From: Desulfatiglandales bacterium
Lineage (GTDB): Bacteria > Desulfobacterota > DSM-4660 > Desulfatiglandales > Desulfatiglandaceae
Direction of reading: 5' to 3'
DNA: 64,000 nt
Assembly (NCBI GenBank): GCA_963662465.1
Contig: OY759599.1
Span: forward strand, 224,001 to 288,000
In this document: piece by piece, positions 22,202-31,852 of the stretch
How positions within the stretch are numbered: the stretch's first letter is position 1
How the letters are laid out: every line of letters begins with the position of its first letter
The notes under the pieces: generated by a model
Database searches by the model: none
The model's input: only the letters and a program-made list of their open reading frames with translations
Told to the model about the DNA's origin: nothing
Made by a program: the position numbers and the translations under genes

Positions 22202-22765
22202 ATGGACAAGGAATTGACTGCTTTTATTGAAAAAACCATACAAGAGAAGGTTGATAGCCTTGTTGACAGGAAGGTAAGGGAAGCCCTTAAAGCGCAGGGG
22301 GAACAGAATCGTGCGGCCTTCATTGCTTCCAAAGGGACCCTGGATATGGCGTATCCCCCGCTGATTCTGGCGGCGAGTTGCGCGGCCATGGATATGGAAG
22401 CATCCATCTTTTTCACCTTTTATGGACTCGACATTATCAACAAGAAGAAAAATACAAACCTTAAGGTCCCTCCTCTGGCCAATCCCGCCATGCCCATGCC
22501 TGTCCCCAATATTGTGGGTGTATTGCCGGGGATGACCGCCATGGCCACCATGATGATGAACAAATGGATGAAAGCGCAGAATGTGTCAAGTATCCCTGAG
22601 TTTTTGAAGATTTGTATCGAGTCGGGCGTCAAAATGATCGCATGTCAGATGACCATGGATGTCATGGGTATCAAGAGATCGGATCTCATCGACGAAATAG
22701 AGGTTGGGGGTGCCGCCACATTTTTGGAATTCGCCTCTCGTTCCAACATTACCCTGTTTGTCTGA
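22202..22765 (+). CDS. DsrE/DsrF/DrsH-like (DsrE2-type) sulfur-carrier protein
   Basis: ASKGTLDMAYPPLILA, FFTFYGL, ACQMTMDVMG, GGAATFL; SD GGAGG before ATG 22202. Confidence 0.85.
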   Translation: MDKELTAFIEKTIQEKVDSLVDRKVREALKAQGEQNRAAFIASKGTLDMAYPPLILAASCAAMDMEASIFFTFYGLDIINKKKNTNLKVPPLANPAMPMPVPNIVGVLPGMTAMATMMMNKWMKAQNVSSIPEFLKICIESGVKMIACQMTMDVMGIKRSDLIDEIEVGGAATFLEFASRSNITLFV

Positions 22766-22935
22766 AAAAGGATCGTTACAGGTCAAGGGGGACAAGTTCA
22801 AAAGCCCGTTTCACAGCCTGACGCATATTTTCGTAGGTTGCAGGGTAAATCATTACCTTGGACATGTTTCGGATCTCCCTTTTCGCTTCTCGCCCCATTA
22901 TGCCGCTCTTTTCGGAAAGCCATCAAGTTCAAGGC

Positions 22936-23727
22936 TCAAATGAAAGCCGCCAGTCGTTCGTTGAATGCCTGTGCATTGGTCAAGAAGGGTGCATGCCCCT
23001 TGCCGGAGAAAGTGTGGATTTGGGTGTTGGGGATCATATGAGCCAGACATTGCCCCGCTTTCGGCGAACAAACTGCATCATTCTCCCCGTGTAGGATCAG
23101 GGTGGGAATTTTAACTTGATCAAGCATGGGCCGTAAATCGGCGGATCCGGCGTTGCCCACGCTTTCCAGAGCAATCGGCGCTGTTGTTTGCTGCGTGATG
23201 GCGTGAATTTCATCCTTCAGCGCCTCAATGTTCGGTTCGGGGAACATCATTTCCACAAAACCGCGGGCGCCCGCGCTGAAATCGCTCTGGAGAGCGCCCG
23301 CAAGCTGATCGGCGGTTTCCGGCGGTATCGAATGTTCAAAAATATCAGGCGGCGCTATTAGAAGCGGTGTACTGTCCACAAGCACCAATTTTGACAGTGC
23401 TTCCGGTCGGGACGCTGCGTAAGCAATTCCGATAGCGCCGCCCATGGACCAGCCGATTAATATGGGTTTATCCAGATTAAGATGTTCAATCAGCGCATCC
23501 AGGTCGTCAAGCCAAAGATCCGGGGTGTATGCCAGGCCGTCCGGTTTGGCGGATTGTCCATACCCTGTCAGATCAAAAGTGACCACCCTATTATTTCTTG
23601 AAAAGTAGGGAGCCTGTTTTCGCCATACATCGCTGCTCGCCATCCAGCCGTGAACAAACAGCAGGGTCGGTTCCCCCTCGCCTTGCACTTCATAGTATAA
23701 GTTTTTTCCCGCTTTCTCCAAAAACAT
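22936..23727 (-). CDS. Alpha/beta hydrolase
   Basis: FVHGW, nucleophile GWSMGG, HGEND, GHAPF; SD AAGGAG before ATG 23727. Confidence 0.9.
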   Translation of the reverse strand: MFLEKAGKNLYYEVQGEGEPTLLFVHGWMASSDVWRKQAPYFSRNNRVVTFDLTGYGQSAKPDGLAYTPDLWLDDLDALIEHLNLDKPILIGWSMGGAIGIAYAASRPEALSKLVLVDSTPLLIAPPDIFEHSIPPETADQLAGALQSDFSAGARGFVEMMFPEPNIEALKDEIHAITQQTTAPIALESVGNAGSADLRPMLDQVKIPTLILHGENDAVCSPKAGQCLAHMIPNTQIHTFSGKGHAPFLTNAQAFNERLAAFI

Positions 23728-23747
23728 GATCCGCTCCTTTCTCACAA

Positions 23748-23831
23748 ATGAGTTATCAACGTTTCAAGATGCTAGCACATTCTTTGTATGAATGTAAGTA
23801 TCACGTGGTATCCTGCCCGAAATATCGTTAC
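23748..23831 (+). pseudogene. IS200/IS605 family TnpA 5' remnant
   Basis: Translates as MSYQRFKMLAHSLYECKYHVVSCPKYRY, matching the Y1 transposase N-terminal YH...PKYR motif, then loses similarity. Confidence 0.7.
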
Positions 23832-23909
23832 AATCCTTCTCCATTGGGTTTGATCTGCTCAGCTAAACAAAACAGGGCGATACAAATCGCTGTTTTCTGG
23901 GATACATGC

Positions 23910-23938
23910 TTGACCAACTTGATCTAAATAGCTATATT
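23910..23938 (+). promoter_or_regulatory. Candidate sigma70 promoter for the NtrC-type regulator
   Basis: TTGACC-17 bp-TATATT. Confidence 0.5.
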
Positions 23939-24015
23939 CGGCCATTGCTTTTATGGAATCAGGAGTGGGCAACGATTATCAATCCTTTGGACCCAATCGC
24001 CTCAACCTATTGGAT

Positions 24016-25371
24016 ATGAAAAATTCTTCGCAAGGTCCATGCCAACAGGCCGGTCGCATCTTTGTGGTGGACGACGATCCGGTTTCCCTGCGAAACCTGC
24101 GTCGCATCCTGGAAAAAGCCGGACACAAGGTATATACTTACAGCAATCCACTCAGGGCCCTGACCCGGCTGGAACAAGAGTCTTGCGACCTTCTCATCAC
24201 CGACCTGAAAATGCCTTACATGAACGGTCTGGATCTGTTTAACCGGATGCAACGTGCCCACCCTTCTCTGGAAGGTATCATTATTACGGGATACGCGAGT
24301 CTGGAAGGCGCGGTAGAAGCGACCAAGGAAGGGGTTTTTCATTATCTGGCCAAACCGTTTGACCCGGATCAGTTGAGAGACCTCGTAGGCCAGGCCCTGG
24401 AACACATCCTTCGGGAACCTCTGTCCGAGTCCCTGCCTGGTCCCGTTATGATTGGAAACAGTCCCGGAATGGCCCGCCTCAAAGAGATGGTGGCTCAAAT
24501 TGCCCCCGCTGAGTGCAGTGTCCTCATTACGGGGGAATCGGGTACGGGAAAGGAGTTGGTGGCGCGCTCCATTCACGCGCTGAGCCCCCGCGCCGCCGGT
24601 CCGTTCGTGGCCTTCAACTGCGGAGCCTTCAGTGAAGATCTCATCGCAAACGAACTTTTCGGTCACGAAAAAGAGGCCTTTACCGGCGCTCACAGCAGAA
24701 AAGCCGGACTCATAGAAAATGCGGAAGGCGGCACCCTCTTCCTGGATGAAATCGGAGATATGCCCTTTTCCATGCAAGTGAAATTGCTCCGCGTCATTCA
24801 GGAGCGTGAGATCCTTCGGGTCGGTTCATCTCACCCCATTGCGGTAAATGTCAGGTTCCTGGCCGCCACCGCCAAAGACCTCAAGAGTGCCGTGAGGGAA
24901 GGGGCTTTTCGGCAGGATCTTTATTTTCGTCTCAATGTGTTTGAAATTCACATCCCTCGACTCTCGGAACGGCAGCAGGATATTCCCTTGCTGGCCTATC
25001 ACATCTTGCGCAAATTTCTCCACCAGACTGAAAAGCGGATTCAGGGGATTTCAGCCGAGACCCTGGAACTCCTGAAGTCCTATCCATATCCCGGAAATGT
25101 CAGAGAGCTGGAAAATATCCTTGAAAGGGCCGTCGCTGTGTGCAACGGAAAAACCATCCGGGTCAAAGACCTGCCTTCCGACCTGGCGAACCTGAATCTC
25201 TATACCTATGAACGCGCAGATGGTTCACTTTTAAATCTGGAAGAATTGGAACGGGACTATATCCGCCATATCCTCAACCTTACCGGGGGCATCCGTGTTC
25301 GTGCCGCTGAAATCTTAGGCATTGACAGGGCCAGTTTGTGGCGAAAGATAAAAAAATACGACCTGGAATAG
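24016..25371 (+). CDS. Sigma54-dependent response regulator (NtrC family)
   Basis: Receiver VVDDD, GESGTGKE, EAFTGA, FLDEIG, FRQDLYFRL, YPGNVRELEN, C-terminal HTH; start uncertain (23953 or 24016). Confidence 0.93.
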   Translation: MKNSSQGPCQQAGRIFVVDDDPVSLRNLRRILEKAGHKVYTYSNPLRALTRLEQESCDLLITDLKMPYMNGLDLFNRMQRAHPSLEGIIITGYASLEGAVEATKEGVFHYLAKPFDPDQLRDLVGQALEHILREPLSESLPGPVMIGNSPGMARLKEMVAQIAPAECSVLITGESGTGKELVARSIHALSPRAAGPFVAFNCGAFSEDLIANELFGHEKEAFTGAHSRKAGLIENAEGGTLFLDEIGDMPFSMQVKLLRVIQEREILRVGSSHPIAVNVRFLAATAKDLKSAVREGAFRQDLYFRLNVFEIHIPRLSERQQDIPLLAYHILRKFLHQTEKRIQGISAETLELLKSYPYPGNVRELENILERAVAVCNGKTIRVKDLPSDLANLNLYTYERADGSLLNLEELERDYIRHILNLTGGIRVRAAEILGIDRASLWRKIKKYDLE

Positions 25372-25395
25372 ACCATTCGTTTTTGAAACGGAACC

Positions 25396-25479
25396 GTTCG
25401 ATTCTGCAACATTTCATTCTTATCCTCTTTTCTACGGGGAAAACGGCCTCCATGCGGGGCTACAGTTTCATTTCGCAAC
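25396..25479. promoter_or_regulatory. Candidate enhancer (UAS) pair for the sigma54 activator
   Basis: Two GTT-N9-AAC sites ending GCAAC at 25396-25410 and 25465-25479, about 80-160 bp upstream of the -24/-12 promoter. Confidence 0.45.
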
Positions 25480-25555
25480 GTTTTAATCCCCAACCCCGTT
25501 GGCGAAAGCCCCTATTACATTAATATTTTCAATAAATTATCCGCAAATCTTCCGA

Positions 25556-25571
25556 TGGCACAATCTTTGCT
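25556..25571 (+). promoter_or_regulatory. Sigma54 (-24/-12) promoter
   Basis: TGGCAC-AATCT-TTGCT, an exact fit to the TGGCAC-N5-TTGC consensus, 36 bp before the USP start. Confidence 0.85.
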
Positions 25572-25606
25572 GTACTGTTTTCACAATCAGTATCAAGGGT
25601 GGACCC

Positions 25607-26065
25607 ATGTTTAAAAAAAACCTACTTGTCTTTGAAAATGAGAAGGTGTGCCAGGCGGCATTGACCTATGCGCGTGAGCTTGCGCTGAGGATGGATTCAG
25701 AAGTCACTTTTCTGATGTTGGTGGAAATTTCTTTCCCCGATCGATCTTTCCTCGGTTCGAAGCGAAACGCGCTGAATGTTCTGGAGGAGAGGGTGGGCAA
25801 AATGCTTTCAAGCTTTTCCTCCCGGTTCCTCAAGGATGGCATAGAGACCAGCATGGCACTCCGGGTGGGAGATCCAGCTCGGGAATTTTTGAAATTTCTG
25901 GCTGAGAAAGATCCCTTTCAAGCCGTCATCTGGGGGAGCGGAGAAAAACTGCCTGACCACCGCCAACTTCCCCGGGGCCACTGGCTTACCAAGGTGATTA
26001 CAACCCTTGAGTGTCCTCTGCTCACGGTAAGCAGTAAGGGAGTGAAAAAAATGGGGCCCCCATAG
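25607..26065 (+). CDS. Universal stress protein-like protein
   Basis: ALTYARELA, RVGDP, C-terminal LECPLLTV typical of the USP fold. Confidence 0.72.
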   Translation: MFKKNLLVFENEKVCQAALTYARELALRMDSEVTFLMLVEISFPDRSFLGSKRNALNVLEERVGKMLSSFSSRFLKDGIETSMALRVGDPAREFLKFLAEKDPFQAVIWGSGEKLPDHRQLPRGHWLTKVITTLECPLLTVSSKGVKKMGPP

Positions 26066-26158
26066 AGTGCAAACAACGAGATTTTTTGCGGCAAACAAGA
26101 AAACACCGGCGCAAAGCGCCATAAACCCATAACGCCAATACAATTCGGGGACTTCTTT

Positions 26159-27967
26159 ATGGAGACACTGACGCCTCAGATGATTCTGGTCATGATTATG
26201 ATCGGCATTGCTGTTTTTCTTTTTATCGTGGAATGGATTCGCGTGGATGTGGTGGCGATTCTCATGATGGTTTCTTTGCCCCTTCTCCACCTGGTTACAC
26301 CAAAAGAGGCTTTTCTCGGCTTGGGCAGCAACGCCGTAATCTCCATCATTGCGGTTATCATTATTGGGGCCGGATTGGACAAAACAGGCCTGATCAATCG
26401 ATTGGTGAGCCCCATCCTGCGGATCGCCGGAAACAGTAAATCCCGCGTTATCATCGCCATCTCCGTGACCGTGGCCGGCATTTCAAGCTTCATGCAGAAC
26501 ATCGGCGCTGCAGCCCTTTTTCTGCCTGCCATCCAGCGCATCAGCAAGAACATGAAGATCCCCTTGAGCCAGCTCCTCATGCCCATAGGGTTTTCGGCGA
26601 TCCTGGGCGGGACCATCACCCTGGTGGGCTGCAGCCCCCTGATCCTGTTGAATGATCTCCTGGAACCCTTTGGGTTGAAACCCTTCGGTCTCTTTGATGT
26701 GACCCCCATCGGTCTGGCCCTGGTGGCCAGCGGCATCGGCTGTTTCATTGTGCTGGGCCGGTTTATTCTTCCCAAAGGAAGCGCGGACGATGCCGAAGAA
26801 AAGCCCCAGAGTTCTCTTGAAAATACCTTGAAGGAAATAGGAGAGACCTACGAGATCCAGACCCAGGCTGATTTCACGGATTACAGGGAACCGGTGTTGG
26901 TGGACGACCTGAGAAGGCGTTATCTGGTCAATGTCCTGGCCATGACCGAGCCGCCCGATTTCAAGACCCTCTCTCCCACTGGAGATCAGGCGATACGCTC
27001 AGACGTTCATTTGCTGGTGTATGGCCGCAAAAAGGACGTCCTGCGCATGGTGGAAGAAGAAGAAATGCAGCTTAAGGGAGCTCCCGAAATCTTCAAGGGC
27101 GAAGCTGAAGAAGGCGCTTCCGGCACCGTCGAAGCTGTGGTGGCGCCCCGCTCTCCATTGGCGGGAAAAACCCTTCGCGAGATCAATCTGCGGGATCGAT
27201 TCCAGGTTGTTCCTTTGGCCGTATATCGGGGCGAGGAGACTTATCGGGCGGAAATCGGAGACATCGTCCTTTCCGTGGGGGACGCTGTCCTGATTCATGG
27301 TGAGTGGCAACGACTCCGGGTGTTGCAGCAGGAAAAGAGTCTCCTGTTTACGACCCCCATTGACGTGGAGTTGTTACGTCCCGAAAAGGCCATTTTCGCC
27401 GGCTTCTGGTTGGCCGTTGCCCTGTCCATGGTACTTATTTTCAAGATCCAGCTCTCCGTCAGTCTTATGACGGGCGCTCTGGGCATGGTGATCACCCGCG
27501 TCCTCTCCATTGATGAGGCCTACCAGTCCGTGGATTGGCGCACCATTTTCCTCCTGGCCGGGCTGATTCCCCTGGGAATTGCCACGGAAAAAACCGGCAC
27601 GGCGGCATGGATCGCCCATGCCATCTTACACACTATCGGGGATGTTCAACCCATTGTCCTTTTAACGGTTATCGGGTTGCTTTCCACCATCTTTACCCTG
27701 GTCATCTCCAACGTGGGCGCCACGGTTCTTCTGGTCCCCCTGGTGGTCAACATGGCCATTGCGGCCCACACAGACCCCAGAATGGCCGCTCTCGTCGTGG
27801 GGCTCGCCACCAGCAACTCGTTCATGCTGCCCACCCACCAGGTGAACGCCCTGTACATGGGTCCCGGGCGATATCGCAGTGTGGATTTTATGAAGGCCGG
27901 GGCGGTCATCAGTGTTGTCTTTATCGTGGTCATGATCGGCATGATCAAGCTTGTTTACGGTGTCTAA
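26159..27967 (+). CDS. SLC13 family permease with TrkA-C domains
   Basis: Many TM helices, SSFMQNIGAAA, ILGGTITLVG, central TrkA-C (SPLAGKTLREINLR), VISNVGA, PTHQVNAL. Confidence 0.92.
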   Translation: METLTPQMILVMIMIGIAVFLFIVEWIRVDVVAILMMVSLPLLHLVTPKEAFLGLGSNAVISIIAVIIIGAGLDKTGLINRLVSPILRIAGNSKSRVIIAISVTVAGISSFMQNIGAAALFLPAIQRISKNMKIPLSQLLMPIGFSAILGGTITLVGCSPLILLNDLLEPFGLKPFGLFDVTPIGLALVASGIGCFIVLGRFILPKGSADDAEEKPQSSLENTLKEIGETYEIQTQADFTDYREPVLVDDLRRRYLVNVLAMTEPPDFKTLSPTGDQAIRSDVHLLVYGRKKDVLRMVEEEEMQLKGAPEIFKGEAEEGASGTVEAVVAPRSPLAGKTLREINLRDRFQVVPLAVYRGEETYRAEIGDIVLSVGDAVLIHGEWQRLRVLQQEKSLLFTTPIDVELLRPEKAIFAGFWLAVALSMVLIFKIQLSVSLMTGALGMVITRVLSIDEAYQSVDWRTIFLLAGLIPLGIATEKTGTAAWIAHAILHTIGDVQPIVLLTVIGLLSTIFTLVISNVGATVLLVPLVVNMAIAAHTDPRMAALVVGLATSNSFMLPTHQVNALYMGPGRYRSVDFMKAGAVISVVFIVVMIGMIKLVYGV

Positions 27968-27991
27968 AAAAAAAGAGAAAGGAGGGAACTT

Positions 27992-28804
27992 ATGGCCATT
28001 ATCACTATTTCTCGCGGGTCTTACAGCAAGGGAAAAGAGGTTGCCGAGAGGGTCGCATCCCGTCTGGGATACAAGTGCATCAGCAGGGAGGTCCTCTTGG
28101 ATGCCAGCGAACACTTTCATATTCCTGAAATTAGATTGGTGCGGGCGATCCACGATGCGCCATCCATTCTGGAACGGTTTTCCCGCAGCCGACAGGCCTT
28201 TATCGCCTATATTCGGTCTGCGCTGGTCCAATATGTGAAAGAGGACAACGTGGTCTACCATGGGTTGGCCGGGCACCTCCTGCTCAAAGGTATTCCGCAT
28301 GTATTGAAAGTGCGGGTGATTGCCGATTTGGCCGACCGTGTCCAGGCCGAGATGGAACGGGAAAAAATTTCAAAAACGGAGGCACGAGCCCTCTTGTTAA
28401 AGGACGATGAGGAACGCCGCAAATGGACCCAAACTCTTTACGGGGCGGATCCCCGTGACAGTTCGCTGTACGACCTGGTGGTTCATATTCACAAACTCAC
28501 CATAGCGGATGCCGTGGACATCATTTGTGATACGGTCGTTAGAGAGCCTTTCAAGACCACTAAACAGGCTCAACAAAAGATAGAAGATTACGCAATGGCC
28601 TCGGAAATGAAAGCCGCCCTGTCCGATTCTTTTGACAATATTGGCGTCAAAAGCGAATATGGCAACATCCTGGTGTATGCCAAGGGAAACGATCACCATA
28701 TTCAAAGAATCAGAAAAAAGGCGAAAGAAGTCGCAAACAAGATGGAAGGGGTCAACGATCTGGAGGTTCACGCCGCCCAGAAATTGCCCCCGAAATCCGT
28801 GTAA
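27992..28804 (+). CDS. Cytidylate kinase-like family protein with C-terminal BON-like domain
   Basis: IITISRGSYSKGKEVA, VYHGLAGH, LKVRVIA, DSSLYDLVV. Confidence 0.85.
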   Translation: MAIITISRGSYSKGKEVAERVASRLGYKCISREVLLDASEHFHIPEIRLVRAIHDAPSILERFSRSRQAFIAYIRSALVQYVKEDNVVYHGLAGHLLLKGIPHVLKVRVIADLADRVQAEMEREKISKTEARALLLKDDEERRKWTQTLYGADPRDSSLYDLVVHIHKLTIADAVDIICDTVVREPFKTTKQAQQKIEDYAMASEMKAALSDSFDNIGVKSEYGNILVYAKGNDHHIQRIRKKAKEVANKMEGVNDLEVHAAQKLPPKSV

Positions 28805-28858
28805 TCATCCAAACGCCATGAAACCAGAGGACCATCTTTTTACAATGAGGATTCGATT

Positions 28859-29680
28859 ATGTCTATTATCCTGATTTCTTCAGATCGTTATGAGACCGGC
28901 CGTGCAATCGCACAGAAGGTGGCAAAAGCCACGGAGTATGCTTTCCTGGACCGAGAAATACTGGGTGATGCGGCCCGGGCATCCGACATCCCGGAGCCCA
29001 AAATCCTTAAGTCCCTGGAACCGTCCTCCTCCACCATAGGCTTTTCCGACAAGGTGAAAAACCGTGCTTTGGCAACCATCCAGGCAGCGGTTATGGCGCG
29101 TCTCTTGGACGACAATGTGGTTTGTCACGGCCTGGCGGCTCACCTCTACGTCCTGGGCGTTTCTCATGTACTCAAGATCCGGGTCCTTTCCAATGGAGAC
29201 GAATGGGCTTCCCAGATCGCCTCGGAAAGAAAGGTGGGGATAGAAAAGGCCAGGAAAATCCTTAAAAAGCAGGAGGCTGCCGGCAGACGCTGGTCCCTGG
29301 ACGTTTTCAGGCGGGACGAAACGGACCCCTCTGAATATGACATGGTCATCAGTCTGAGTCAGATCGAGCCTGATGAAGCGGTGAGGACAATTGCGGAGAC
29401 GGTTTCGTACCGAAAGTTCCAGCCCATGACCTATTCCATCAAATGTTTGAAGGACAAAGAGCTTTCCATTCGGGTAAGGTTGGCACTCATGGAAAAATAT
29501 TCGGATGTAAACGTAACGGCGGAAGGCGCCACGGTGGTGGTGCGTACCAAAGCGCTCAAAAGGGAAAAGCGAAAAAAGACGGAAAATATTCGGGCCTTGG
29601 CAGGTGAAATTCCAGGTGTGGGTTATGTAGAGGTCCATGTGGTCAGCAATGTTTTTCGGCAGGCCGCGGAAAGCGCCTGA
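28859..29680 (+). CDS. Cytidylate kinase-like family protein (divergent paralog) with C-terminal BON-like domain
   Basis: IILISSDRYETGRAIA, VCHGLAAH, LKIRV, DPSEYDMVI, IPGVGYVEVHV. Confidence 0.8.
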   Translation: MSIILISSDRYETGRAIAQKVAKATEYAFLDREILGDAARASDIPEPKILKSLEPSSSTIGFSDKVKNRALATIQAAVMARLLDDNVVCHGLAAHLYVLGVSHVLKIRVLSNGDEWASQIASERKVGIEKARKILKKQEAAGRRWSLDVFRRDETDPSEYDMVISLSQIEPDEAVRTIAETVSYRKFQPMTYSIKCLKDKELSIRVRLALMEKYSDVNVTAEGATVVVRTKALKREKRKKTENIRALAGEIPGVGYVEVHVVSNVFRQAAESA

Positions 29681-29779
29681 CGTCATCACGCGCCTATCCA
29701 AAACGAAACGGCTGTTTCGTCTCATACATCTTTGGTGAGGCGCCTGGGTGTTGGAACCCAACATATGAGGAGGTAAAAA

Positions 29780-30193
29780 ATGCCAGAGGGATTGGAAGTG
29801 CTGTTGTTGGATGATGAGCCCATTGTGGGGAAGAGGCTGAAACCAGCCCTGGCCAAAATCGGGTGTAACGTGGAGGTTTTTGAAGATCCGAGAAAGGCCT
29901 TGGAGCGAATCGATCAAAAAGAATTTGACATCGTGGTAACGGACATTCGAATGGACGAGGTCGATGGCTTGCAGGTGTTGCAACATGTGCGTAAGACATC
30001 CGAACGGACCAAAGTCATTATGATCACCGGCTATGCCATGATGGCCGTGGCCAGAGAGGCCATGGAAAAAGGCGCCTTTGATTTCATCGCCAAACCCTTC
30101 AAACCGGACGATTTACGGAAGGTCATCGCAAAGGCCGCCAAAGCATTGGGTTCTGATATTGAATTTGAAGTTTCAGGGGCCGACGTATCCTGA
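29780..30193 (+). CDS. Single-domain response regulator
   Basis: LLLDDE, TDIRMDEVDG, MITGY, FIAKPF; SD GAGGAGG. Confidence 0.9.
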   Translation: MPEGLEVLLLDDEPIVGKRLKPALAKIGCNVEVFEDPRKALERIDQKEFDIVVTDIRMDEVDGLQVLQHVRKTSERTKVIMITGYAMMAVAREAMEKGAFDFIAKPFKPDDLRKVIAKAAKALGSDIEFEVSGADVS

Positions 30194-30232
30194 GTCAGGG
30201 GGTTACGGGGGTCGTCCATCACGGAGAGTCAC

Positions 30233-31804
30233 ATGCATCCCAAAAATGAAGCTGCTCAAGGCCACGCGGAGGGGACGGAGAAAGGGAAAAGCCTTGACGG
30301 TCGATATGATCGGATCAAGGCGGTAGAGCTTGCCAGAGAGGCCCTCATCTCTCGAAAACGGATCAGCCTTCGCTTGCAGATCTGCGCCAGTTTTTTCCTC
30401 GTTTTTCTTTTCGCGGTTGTAGCTGCCTTTGTACTCAGCAACGCCAACTCCAAAGTAGAAAAGAAGCTCCATTTCCTGGAAATCAGCAACGATTTTATTG
30501 TGGAAATCATTCAGGCAAGGCGGTTTGAGAAAAACTTCTTTCTTTATACCACCAACCTGAATGACGCCCTCGAAAATGTCTACCAGGCCAAGGCCATCTT
30601 TGATAAAAATACCGGGGAGCTGAAGCAGGTCCTTGGCCCGGACAGTTACGAGAAAATGGTATCCGGTCTCAATCATTACGGAGAGATTCTGGAGCATCTT
30701 CTGACGTCGGAAAAGAGCGGCCCCTCCGACAACAAGGGAAAAGCCATCAAAGAACAAATGGAGATGGAGGCCAGAAAGTCGGGACGAAAATTGGTTTCCC
30801 TGGCGCAGGACCTCATGGAACGGGAAAGGACCAGCCTGGGAAAGATGCTCGCCCGTTCCAGACAACTCCATTTTTATTCCCTTATTTTTCTCATGGTGTT
30901 TCTGGCTGCCAACGCTTATTTCCTGGGGAGCCGCATCCTGCGCGACGTCAGCCGCTTTTCCGCTTATGCTCGGCGCATTGCGTCGGGCAACTTTACCCCC
31001 ATTACCCCGGCCAGGCGTTATAAGGACGAGTTTACGGAACTGGCCCTGGCTATCAATCAGATGATTCAGGAACTCGAAAACCGGGCAGCGGTCCTGGTTC
31101 AATCCCATAAAATGAGGGCTGTGGGGACCCTGACCGCGGGAGTGGCCCATGAACTCAATAATCCCCTAAACAACATCACCCTCACGGCTCACATGCTTTT
31201 GGAGGACTATGAAGAATTGGACGAAAGCGAAAAAAAGGATATGATCAAGGATGTGGTCCAGGAGGCCGGCCGATCCAAAAAAATCATCAGCAACCTTCTG
31301 GACTTTGCCAGGGAGAGCAGTTCGGAATTGGAGCCGCTCGCGTTGGACGAACTCATTCAGGGCACCATCGCCCTGGCTTCCAACCAGGTCAAGCTTTCCG
31401 GGATCAAGATTCTGTTTCAATCGACCGGGAACCTGCCCCGAGTGCACGGCGACAGCCAGCAATTGCAGCAGGTCTTTCTGAACCTCATCTTAAACGCCAT
31501 CGACGCTTCTCCCAAGGGGAGCAAGATAGAAGTTCTGGTACTCCCCGCGGATGACCCCAAGTATGTGGCGGTGAAAGTCATTGATTTCGGAAGCGGTATT
31601 CCAGAGCATATCCTCCATTCCATTTTCGATCCCTTTTTCACCACCAAACCGAAGGGAAGCGGCACCGGTTTGGGACTGAGTGTATCTCAGGGGATCGTGG
31701 CCAAACACGGGGGTCAAATTCGTGCCGCCAGTCAGGAGGGAAAAGGCGCCACTTTCACGGTGACCCTGCCCATTACCACCATTCCCGCGCTGATCGATAA
31801 GTGA
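30233..31804 (+). CDS. Membrane sensor histidine kinase (periplasmic domain, HAMP)
   Basis: Two TM helices, HAMP, AGVAHELNNPL, QVFLNLILNA, FFTTK, GTGLGL. Confidence 0.93.
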   Translation: MHPKNEAAQGHAEGTEKGKSLDGRYDRIKAVELAREALISRKRISLRLQICASFFLVFLFAVVAAFVLSNANSKVEKKLHFLEISNDFIVEIIQARRFEKNFFLYTTNLNDALENVYQAKAIFDKNTGELKQVLGPDSYEKMVSGLNHYGEILEHLLTSEKSGPSDNKGKAIKEQMEMEARKSGRKLVSLAQDLMERERTSLGKMLARSRQLHFYSLIFLMVFLAANAYFLGSRILRDVSRFSAYARRIASGNFTPITPARRYKDEFTELALAINQMIQELENRAAVLVQSHKMRAVGTLTAGVAHELNNPLNNITLTAHMLLEDYEELDESEKKDMIKDVVQEAGRSKKIISNLLDFARESSSELEPLALDELIQGTIALASNQVKLSGIKILFQSTGNLPRVHGDSQQLQQVFLNLILNAIDASPKGSKIEVLVLPADDPKYVAVKVIDFGSGIPEHILHSIFDPFFTTKPKGSGTGLGLSVSQGIVAKHGGQIRAASQEGKGATFTVTLPITTIPALIDK

Positions 31805-31852
31805 ACATCGCGTTCAGATCCCTGCTCTTTCCGTGGAACCATCAGGAAGGCT

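Noticed and set aside
28880..29986. Long antisense ORFs (this one, 17838-18848, 30203-31150 and similar)
   Set aside because: They lie opposite well-supported genes and carry no recognisable motifs.
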